In this document: positions 56,586 to 64,000 of the stretch, piece after piece
Position numbering within the stretch: the first letter of the stretch is position 1
How the letters are laid out: every line of letters begins with the position of its first letter
Assembly (NCBI GenBank): GCA_937858715.1
Contig: CALLZY010000042.1
Span: forward strand, 55,271-119,270
DNA length: 64,000 bases
Source of the DNA: an uncultured Chitinophagaceae bacterium
GTDB taxonomy: Bacteria > Bacteroidota > Bacteroidia > Chitinophagales > Chitinophagaceae
Direction of reading: 5' to 3'
Notes under the pieces: model-generated
Seen by the model: the letters and a program-made list of their open reading frames with translations, nothing else
What the model was told of the DNA's origin: nothing
The model's database searches: none
Position numbers and translations under genes: made by a program

Positions 56586-58106
56586 CTAAATCTTGAAACC
56601 AAGTGTGAGCAAAACGTTTCCGTTTGTTTCTTTCAGGTTGGCAAATGTATTGGACAAAGGTGCTGAAACCCTGTAAGGGAAATTGACATCCTTATTGATG
56701 CGGTGCACATAGGTCAGGTCAATGAAAATACCTTTATGCCTGTAACCAAGACCGCCGCTCAGGTTCATGCGGCTGGCTTTCAGATCAGCATTGTCTTTAT
56801 ACGGGTTGCCATAATAAGCAAATCCCAGCCGGGCCATAATGGTGTTGAATTTAAGTTCACCTCCTAACCTGAAATTAAAGGCACCTTTGTAGAGAACATC
56901 AATGGCCTCATTAAAGGGCTGGTAGTACTCTTTGCTGCCGGAGGTTTCCTCATCGTAAGAGGCAAACTTCATCCACTTATAATTGACATACTCTATATCG
57001 GCAGTTATAAACCCTTTCTGTTTGGTTACATCTTCCACTTCACGGAAAACATAAGAACCGCTCAGGATGATTTTGGTGGGGGAATAATTGGTATAACGGC
57101 TTTGTATTTCCCGGTCGCTGGTAAATTCAGAAGATGCCACGCTGTCGTACGAATTTGAAAACAGGTTCTCCACATCGGCAGCCATGCCCGAATTATACCG
57201 TTCTCTTACCATCATCATGTCAGGCGAATGAATGGCGAGGCCAAACCGCAGGTAATCCTGCGGCCTGTATATCAAACCAGCCCTCAGGTTAAGACCGGCA
57301 CCACGAAGACTGAAGTTTTCACGGAAAGCCATAAAGGAAAACTCGTTGATGTCACCAGTGGCATCCGACTCACGATAATAGGTGTTCCTGTCTAATTTTA
57401 CAATGGGTATGCCTAAGCTGGCCCCCAGCAAAAATTTCTTATTCAGTTCATGACCCATGCCCAGTGTGATTTCGGTAATGCCGCCGCTTATCTCGCTGTA
57501 ATGCTCCTGGTTCAGCATGGAAGTACCTTCAGACCGGGCAATTACCTGGCCGGCTGCTGTATCAACAAGATAGGTGTACAATGCCATCTTGGTGGGCAGC
57601 GAAATATTATCGCTGTTCAGTGCCTGATCAATGGTCAAATGCGAAGCGGCAAATTCATCAGCTAATGGTGTTGCAAAGCTGGACATATTGTTTTGACCAG
57701 TGTATGAAACCCGTTGGTTGAAGTTTGCTGTTTTGGTGACAGTGATGGCAAAACTGTTTTTAGCCTTGTAGCCAAAACCGCCAAACACCCAGCCCGAAGT
57801 GCCGATCAAAGTGCTGCCGTCATTCTTGCCGCTGTAATTTGTGCCGCGGAAATTATTCTTTTCTTTCCCAAACTGGAAGCCCGGTGTTAATACAAAGTCA
57901 GATGTTTTGAAGAAGGCAAGTCCTGCCGGGTTTACAATATTGGCAGTGGCATCTCCGCCCAGCGACCCCATGGCACCGCCGATTGCCTGGTTACGGGCCG
58001 TACCGGCCTGTGTTCTCCACGACAATCGTAAAGCCTCTTCCGGAACCTGGGCATAAATAGCTTGTACTGCCAGCAGCAGTGAGGGTATTATCAAAACTTT
58101 TTTCAT
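56586..58106 (-). CDS. FadL/OmpP1-like outer-membrane protein
   Basis: GTARNQAIGGAMGSLGGD..NPAGL, C-terminal LGFKI. Confidence 0.85.
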   Translation of the reverse strand: MKKVLIIPSLLLAVQAIYAQVPEEALRLSWRTQAGTARNQAIGGAMGSLGGDATANIVNPAGLAFFKTSDFVLTPGFQFGKEKNNFRGTNYSGKNDGSTLIGTSGWVFGGFGYKAKNSFAITVTKTANFNQRVSYTGQNNMSSFATPLADEFAASHLTIDQALNSDNISLPTKMALYTYLVDTAAGQVIARSEGTSMLNQEHYSEISGGITEITLGMGHELNKKFLLGASLGIPIVKLDRNTYYRESDATGDINEFSFMAFRENFSLRGAGLNLRAGLIYRPQDYLRFGLAIHSPDMMMVRERYNSGMAADVENLFSNSYDSVASSEFTSDREIQSRYTNYSPTKIILSGSYVFREVEDVTKQKGFITADIEYVNYKWMKFASYDEETSGSKEYYQPFNEAIDVLYKGAFNFRLGGELKFNTIMARLGFAYYGNPYKDNADLKASRMNLSGGLGYRHKGIFIDLTYVHRINKDVNFPYRVSAPLSNTFANLKETNGNVLLTLGFKI

Positions 58107-58262
58107 GTGTCTGTTTTATTGTTATCCGCCCTGGCGGATGGTGTTTTGCCACATGCTATACTCTGTTACTGCAATGGGTTAGTGTGAGCATGGGCATTTC
58201 ATTGGAAAGAATTTGTAACGGAAAGCAGGTGATTTCCGCACCTGCTTCCGGTATAGAACAGT

Positions 58263-59054
58263 TTAGTTTCTTACAGGCCTGCTTACGCCACCGCCACCTG
58301 ATGAAGACGAAGAAGAAGATGATGATGATGACGAAGATGATGACGAGGAAGAAGACGGTGTATAGGAAGAAGAACTGCTGCTGCTGTTCGATGGCGAATA
58401 AGTTCTTGTATTGCCACCGGAATTATTGCTGCTGCCGTTTACAATCGTTCTGATTGTGTTGCTTAATCCTTTGCCTCCTCCCTGGTTGTTGTTATAGTTG
58501 TTATTGTAGTTGCTGTTGTTATAAGTTGGCCTGGTACTGCCAACAGTGCCCATGCTATTCTTATAATTGCCGTTGTTATTATTGTTGTTATAACTGTTGT
58601 TGTTATAAGTGCCCAGGTTAAATGTTCTTGGTTTGTTAACCTGCGTTACTGCCTGGTTTTTGGGGTTATTGTAGTAGAAATGATACGGGTTGTAACTGTA
58701 GTGTGAATGATAGCCGTAGTAGGGGTTATAATAATAATTCCAGGAATTGTAAGGATTGTAATATGAGCCCCAGTAATAGTTGTAACCTGATCCCCATCTT
58801 TCATAATAATACCAGTCGTTCAGATCGTTCCACTGGTAACGGTTACGGACTTTCATACGCAGGTAGCGGTCGTCGTAATATTCGTCATCGTACCTGTACT
58901 GGCGGTCATCTTCTTTTTCCACTCTTACATATTCATCCCGCTGTGGCAGGGGAGAATAATATACATCATCGGGTGTTTGCCCGGTTTTGTATGCGGTTGT
59001 ACAACTGCTAAGTGCAGCCACAGTTAATGCGAGCAGCAATAGTTGCGGTTTCAT
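58263..59054 (-). CDS. Low-complexity lipoprotein (Tyr/Asn/Ser-rich)
   Basis: Lipobox LSSC, TPDDVYYS, poly-Ser tail. Confidence 0.85.
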   Translation of the reverse strand: MKPQLLLLALTVAALSSCTTAYKTGQTPDDVYYSPLPQRDEYVRVEKEDDRQYRYDDEYYDDRYLRMKVRNRYQWNDLNDWYYYERWGSGYNYYWGSYYNPYNSWNYYYNPYYGYHSHYSYNPYHFYYNNPKNQAVTQVNKPRTFNLGTYNNNSYNNNNNNGNYKNSMGTVGSTRPTYNNSNYNNNYNNNQGGGKGLSNTIRTIVNGSSNNSGGNTRTYSPSNSSSSSSSYTPSSSSSSSSSSSSSSSSSSSGGGGVSRPVRN

Positions 59055-59208
59055 GGCGGAGTGTTTTATCTTGTTAAGCATGAAGTTACTACATTTGTGC
59101 CACTTTGTGTATGACACCGTTATGTATATAATTGTACATCAAAGATTTGACCAATTCATGAAATATTGTCTTCCGGACTGTTAAATTAGTTCTAAGGTTT
59201 CCGGGTGA

Positions 59209-59243
59209 GGTTGCTGGTTGCAAGTACCTGGTTGCTGGTTGGG
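59209..59243. repeat. Left heptamer array (GGTTGCT) flanking the four-helix-bundle gene
   Basis: ggttgct ggttgca agtacct ggttgct ggttggg. Confidence 0.8.
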
Positions 59244-59288
59244 TGAACTAATTTTTGAGAATCTTATACATTGCCAAGAAGTAAAAGA

Positions 59289-59666
59289 ATGAGTTATAAA
59301 AACCTTGAAATATGGAAATTGGCAGATGATGCAGTTTCGGAAGTCCACGAGATGACCTTGTCCGAACTGCCCAAATTTGAGATGTATGAAGAGGGTTCCC
59401 AAATCAGGAGGTCGGTAAAGGCAGTAAAGTCGAACATTGTAGAGGGATATGGCCGTAAAAGATATAAGGCTGAATTTGTAAGGTTCCTGGTGTATGCCTT
59501 AAGTTCCAATGATGAAACCATAGATCACCTGGAAACACTGTATAAAACAAAGTCGCTGAAAAACGAAGAATTATATAACGGTATTCACAATAAACTCGGG
59601 ATATTAGGTAAAAAAATTAATCTTTTCATACGTGGTGTTGATAATGCTGACTGGGAGAAAAAATAA
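59289..59666 (+). CDS. Four-helix-bundle protein (23S rRNA IVS protein / bAvd-like)
   Basis: [40 protein letters not shown]. Confidence 0.92.
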   Translation: MSYKNLEIWKLADDAVSEVHEMTLSELPKFEMYEEGSQIRRSVKAVKSNIVEGYGRKRYKAEFVRFLVYALSSNDETIDHLETLYKTKSLKNEELYNGIHNKLGILGKKINLFIRGVDNADWEKK

Positions 59667-59683
59667 GTAATACTTTATCTGAA

Positions 59684-59721
59684 GTAACCAGTAACCAGCA
59701 ACCAGCAACAAGAAACAAGAA
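59684..59721. repeat. Right heptamer array (GYAACCA), inverted relative to the left array
   Basis: gtaacca gtaacca gcaacca gcaacaa gaaacaa. Confidence 0.8.
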
Positions 59722-59724
59722 AAT

Positions 59725-61203
59725 ATGAGCAAAGAAATAACTCCAAGAGCAACAGATTATTCGCAGTGGTATAATGATTTGGTATTAAAAGGCGAACTGG
59801 CCGATTATTCCGCTGTTCGTGGCTGCATGGTCATCAAGCCGTACGGTTTTGCCCTGTGGGAAAATATGCGGGATGCATTAGACAAAATGTTTAAAGATAC
59901 AGGGCATGTAAATGCCTATTTCCCGCTGTTTGTACCCAAGAGCCTTTTTGAGGCGGAAGAAAAGAATGCAGAAGGATTTGCCAAAGAATGTGCCATCGTC
60001 ACACACTACCGCCTGAAGAACGACCCTTCGCAAAAAGGAAAGCTGATGGTGGACCCAGAGGCCAAATTGGAAGAAGAATTAGTTATCCGTCCAACCAGTG
60101 AGGCCATTATCTGGAATACTTATAAAAACTGGATACAGTCGTACCGGGATTTGCCCATCCTCGTTAACCAGTGGGCCAATGTGGTGCGCTGGGAAATGCG
60201 TACCCGCCTGTTCCTCCGCACCGCTGAGTTCTTATGGCAGGAAGGTCACACCGCCCATGCCACCCAAGAAGAGGCTGTGGAAGAAACCGTGAAGATGCTG
60301 GATGTGTATGCCGACTTTGCAGAAAACTGGATGGCGGTGCCGGTAATCAAAGGGGTGAAATCAGAGAACGAACGCTTTGCCGGTGCGGTGGATACTTATT
60401 GTATCGAAGCGCTGATGCAGGATGGAAAAGCGCTGCAGGCCGGTACTTCACACTTCCTCGGGCAAAACTTTGCAAAAGCATTTGATGTGAAGTTCAGCGA
60501 TAAGGAAAACAAATTAGAATATGTGTGGGCTACCAGCTGGGGTGTAAGCACAAGGCTGATTGGAGCATTGGTAATGGCACACAGTGATGACCAGGGACTG
60601 ATACTGCCGCCACGGATTGCGCCGTTGCAGGTGGTGATTGTCCCAATCTATAAAGGAGAAGAACAGAAGGCTGTTATTTCAGCTAAAGTAAATGAGATTG
60701 TAAAAGAACTGAAGGAAATGGGCATCCGGGTGAAATATGATGACAGTGATAACTCCCGCCCCGGCTGGAAGTTTGCCGAGTATGAGATGAAAGGTGTGCC
60801 GGTCAGGCTGGCCATCGGCGCAAGAGACCTTGCGAACAATGTGGTGGAAGTGGCCCGCCGTGATACGAAGGAGAAATCTTCTGTATCGCTGGATGGCATC
60901 GCCGCTTATGTGAAGAACCTGCTGGATGATGTGCAGCAAAGCATGTTCAACAAGGCCAAACTGTTCAGGGATGAGAACATAAGAAAGGCCGATACCTGGG
61001 ATGAGTTTGTAAAACTGCTTGATGAAAAGGGCGGTTTTGTGTCTGCCCACTGGGATGGTACTGGTGAAACGGAAGAAGAAATTAAGGAAAAAACAAAAGC
61101 TACCATACGCTGCATACCGCTCAATAACCCCGGGGAGGAAGGAACATGTATTCTTTCCGGCAAGCCATCCGCACAAAGGGTGCTGTTTGCAAGGGCCTAT
61201 TGA
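59725..61203 (+). CDS. proS: Prolyl-tRNA synthetase (archaeal/eukaryote-like type, as in Bacteroidota)
   Basis: [43 protein letters not shown]-terminus. Confidence 0.97.
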   Translation: MSKEITPRATDYSQWYNDLVLKGELADYSAVRGCMVIKPYGFALWENMRDALDKMFKDTGHVNAYFPLFVPKSLFEAEEKNAEGFAKECAIVTHYRLKNDPSQKGKLMVDPEAKLEEELVIRPTSEAIIWNTYKNWIQSYRDLPILVNQWANVVRWEMRTRLFLRTAEFLWQEGHTAHATQEEAVEETVKMLDVYADFAENWMAVPVIKGVKSENERFAGAVDTYCIEALMQDGKALQAGTSHFLGQNFAKAFDVKFSDKENKLEYVWATSWGVSTRLIGALVMAHSDDQGLILPPRIAPLQVVIVPIYKGEEQKAVISAKVNEIVKELKEMGIRVKYDDSDNSRPGWKFAEYEMKGVPVRLAIGARDLANNVVEVARRDTKEKSSVSLDGIAAYVKNLLDDVQQSMFNKAKLFRDENIRKADTWDEFVKLLDEKGGFVSAHWDGTGETEEEIKEKTKATIRCIPLNNPGEEGTCILSGKPSAQRVLFARAY

Positions 61204-61249
61204 TGATGGCTGTTAATGTTTAAAGAAGGCGGTACCAAAATAACTTTTT

Positions 61250-61352
61250 TACCGCCAAGGTCGCAGGGTATCGCAGAGGCAGCAAAGAGATTCATATTGA
61301 CAAAAAAATCTTTGCATTCTTTGCGGTTCTGTTCTGCGAACTCAGCGGTTAA
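61250..61352. repeat. Long imperfect palindrome of the CGCAAAG/CGCAGAG type
   Basis: accgc..tcgcag..gcaaaga / tctttgc..ctgcga..gcggt. Confidence 0.7.
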
Positions 61353-61516
61353 TCATTTTTTGCTTTTGTGACAGCCTCTCTTATGTTTTTATCTCACTAC
61401 TTTTTTGCTGCTATCCCAACAGGCAGATTGTTCTTTTCATTCCGGCAGCGGAGCTTCAGGTTTTCTTGAATTTCTTTCAGGTTACTTCATATCATAGTGG
61501 CTAAAAAGAAACTGAA

Positions 61517-62419
61517 TTAATGGCTTCTTCTTTCCCTGTATTCATTAGGAGCAATACCCATTATCTTAGTGAACAACCTTGAAAAATAATACTGGTCTTC
61601 AATTCCCAGCTCCAGGGAAATCTCTTTGATCCGGAGATTAGTGAATAATAAGTATTGACAGGCTTTCTGCACTTTCAGATGGTTGAAATACTCAATAGGA
61701 GAGAACCCCGTTTTCTTCTTGAACAGGAAAGAAAAATGGGAGGGTGATAAATTTACTTCACCTGATATTTCACCCAGGGTCAGCACTTTACTGATGTTAT
61801 TACTCAGGTAATCAATAACAATGTCACAGGTGTCTTTGTTTCTCTGACCGCTCAACGTGTCGTACTTACCGTTATAAAGAAAGGTGGTGAGAAAGTGCCA
61901 CATACACATATTTGCGTACATCAGGTTGTCGTTACTGTAACCTCTTTCTAACTGTCCATATATCTCGTCAAATAATTCAATACTTTTTTCATTATGCTGA
62001 ATAAATCCCTTCAGTCTTGTTTGTTTTTCTATGAGGGACACAAGTTGTGCCGAAGCAGTTCCTTTAAAGTGCACCCAATAAATAGTCCATGGGTTTTTAT
62101 CATTAGCTTCATAAATATGCGGTGTTTTTGCCGGGATAACTATAAAATCTCCGGCTTCAATGGCATATTCTGTTTTTTTGAGGAGAACCCTTCCCTGTCC
62201 TTCATAACAGTAGATCAGAATATGCTGATCAGCGCCATGCGGTCTCTCCCGGTAATGAAATTTCGCTTTCGGATAATAGCCAATATCTGTTACATACAAA
62301 TTGCCTGTCACCTCATTTTTAGCACACTTTGCGTTTACTATTTGCCTTGGGATGACAATTGCTTTTTGTCCCTGGAAACCTTCTCTTTTTTTAGTTATTT
62401 CTTCTGTCATATTCGGCAA
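61517..62419 (-). CDS. AraC-family transcriptional regulator
   Basis: Cupin domain (TDIGYYP, YWVHF) plus double HTH (SPSHFS..FK, DQYYFSRLF). Confidence 0.95.
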   Translation of the reverse strand: MPNMTEEITKKREGFQGQKAIVIPRQIVNAKCAKNEVTGNLYVTDIGYYPKAKFHYRERPHGADQHILIYCYEGQGRVLLKKTEYAIEAGDFIVIPAKTPHIYEANDKNPWTIYWVHFKGTASAQLVSLIEKQTRLKGFIQHNEKSIELFDEIYGQLERGYSNDNLMYANMCMWHFLTTFLYNGKYDTLSGQRNKDTCDIVIDYLSNNISKVLTLGEISGEVNLSPSHFSFLFKKKTGFSPIEYFNHLKVQKACQYLLFTNLRIKEISLELGIEDQYYFSRLFTKIMGIAPNEYRERRSH

Positions 62420-62518
62420 AAGTAAGAATCGTGAAAAAATCCATCAAATCCGGGGTTTATTCCATTTATTATTTTTTCTGAATATTATTACTTTGACTTT
62501 ACAAAATTCAAATGCTTT

Positions 62519-64000
62519 ATGGATTATGATGTTAAAGCATGGGTGCAGGATGTAGTGATTCCTACCTATCCGGTTGGCAGCCCGGAGAAAAATCCCATGT
62601 TTCTGGAAAAGCGGGTTTACCAGGGGAGCAGTGGTGTGGTATATCCTCATGCTGTTATTGAAAAAATTTCAGATGATAAAACCGATAAAATTTACAAAGG
62701 CGTTTTTTTAGAGAATCAATATATCAGGGTTATGATTCTTCCAGAGCTTGGCGGAAGGATACAGATGGCTTTTGACAAGATAAAACAGCGGCATTTTGTT
62801 TATTATAACCAGGTCATCAAACCTGCACTTGTAGGCTTAACCGGGCCCTGGATTTCCGGCGGCATCGAATTTAACTGGCCACAACATCATCGCCCCTCCA
62901 CATTTGACCAGGTGGATTATACGATAGTTGAAAATGAAGACGGAAGCAAAACCGTATGGGTAAATGAAGTGGAACGGATGTTCCGTACCAAAGGAATGGC
63001 AGGTTTTACGCTTTACCCCGGCAAGGCTTATATCGAAATCAAAGGAAAGCTGTATAACCGTACGCCCTTCCCGCAAACTTTCCTGTGGTGGGCCAATCCT
63101 GCTGTGAAAGTCAACGATGACTATCAGTCCGTTTTCCCGCCTGATGTACACGCCGTTTTTGACCATGGAAAAAGAGATGTGTCAACGTTTCCAATTGCAA
63201 AAGGTGTTTATTATAAGGTGGACTATTCTCCCGGCACTGATATCTCCCGTTACAAAAATATTCCGGTGCCCACCTCATACATGGCGGTAAGTTCCAGGTA
63301 TAATTTTATTGGCGGATACGAGCATGATACAAAAGGGGGGCTGCTTCATATTGCAGATCATCATATTTCGCCTGGCAAGAAACAGTGGACCTGGGGATAC
63401 GGAGAATTTGGCCAGGCGTGGGACAGAAACCTTACCGACGAAGACGGGCCTTATATCGAACTGATGACAGGTGTTTATACTGACAATCAACCCGATTTTT
63501 CATGGCTGCAGCCTTATGAGGAAAAAACATTTGTTCAGTACTTCATGCCTTACCAGGAAGTTGGGGTGGTGAAAAATGCCACAAAGGAAGCTATTGTTAA
63601 TATTGCCTTTGAAGAGGGACAGGTTGCGATAAAGCTTTATGTCACTTCTGCATTTGAACGACTGAGCATCACACTGCATCACCAGGACAAAATTCTGTTC
63701 AGCGATGAAACAGCACTATCTCCTGCCACCCCTTATTTAAAAAACATCCGGTTAAGTGAGCCTGTTCATCCTGAAGATGTCCGGTTAACGGTAACCGACC
63801 TTGTACAAGGTAAAATACTGGTCACCTATCAGCAGGAGGAAATAACAGGGCAGGTAATTCCATCCCCTGCAAACGCCGCCAGGCGGCCTGCAGATACTGA
63901 GAATAATGAGCAGTTGTATTTAACAGGGCTTCACCTGGAGCAATACCGTCATGCAACCTATGTGGCTGCCGATTATTACGAAGAAGCCCTGCGCCGGGAT
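62519..64000 (+). CDS. DUF5107-domain protein, 3'-truncated by the window edge (absent from the ORF track)
   Basis: MDYDVKAWVQDVVIPTYPVG..NPMFLEKRVYQGSSG.VYP, LPELGGRI, GGIEFNWPQHHRP. Confidence 0.9.
   Translation, partial: MDYDVKAWVQDVVIPTYPVGSPEKNPMFLEKRVYQGSSGVVYPHAVIEKISDDKTDKIYKGVFLENQYIRVMILPELGGRIQMAFDKIKQRHFVYYNQVIKPALVGLTGPWISGGIEFNWPQHHRPSTFDQVDYTIVENEDGSKTVWVNEVERMFRTKGMAGFTLYPGKAYIEIKGKLYNRTPFPQTFLWWANPAVKVNDDYQSVFPPDVHAVFDHGKRDVSTFPIAKGVYYKVDYSPGTDISRYKNIPVPTSYMAVSSRYNFIGGYEHDTKGGLLHIADHHISPGKKQWTWGYGEFGQAWDRNLTDEDGPYIELMTGVYTDNQPDFSWLQPYEEKTFVQYFMPYQEVGVVKNATKEAIVNIAFEEGQVAIKLYVTSAFERLSITLHHQDKILFSDETALSPATPYLKNIRLSEPVHPEDVRLTVTDLVQGKILVTYQQEEITGQVIPSPANAARRPADTENNEQLYLTGLHLEQYRHATYVAADYYEEALRRD

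Noticed and set aside
58079-58453. Plus-strand ORF with Lys/Met/Cys runs
   Set aside because: Antisense reading of the poly-Ser tail of the lipoprotein gene

Overview
Chromosomal window from a Bacteroidota organism, probably Chitinophagaceae-like (inferred from gene content, TAnnTTTG promoter boxes and A-rich leaders without Shine-Dalgarno sites). Most of it is housekeeping or envelope genes (lepB, cdd, mltG, secG, miaB, pgm, pcm, htpX, lemA, trhO, purC, pyk, two PFKs, holA, proS), plus one tRNA-Gly(CCC). The main anomaly is a ~6.4 kb accessory region between mltG and secG (about 3960-10400). It holds a 21-bp tandem array, a pile-up of nested palindromic repeats, and five AT-rich orphan genes. 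Four of these genes, and the short ORF that precedes the fifth, lie just downstream of a copy of the same ~55-bp bulged-hairpin element, giving an integron/rAID-like cassette array with no recombinase in the window. Other highlights: a palindromic repeat inserted in frame in miaB (~40 extra aa); a four-helix-bundle gene flanked by inverted 7-bp arrays upstream of proS, with two solo heptamer tracts elsewhere; and the same AATACCAC-N4-GTGGTATT operator, with identical promoter spacing, upstream of two genes 27 kb apart. All family assignments come from motif recognition by eye; no database search was run.
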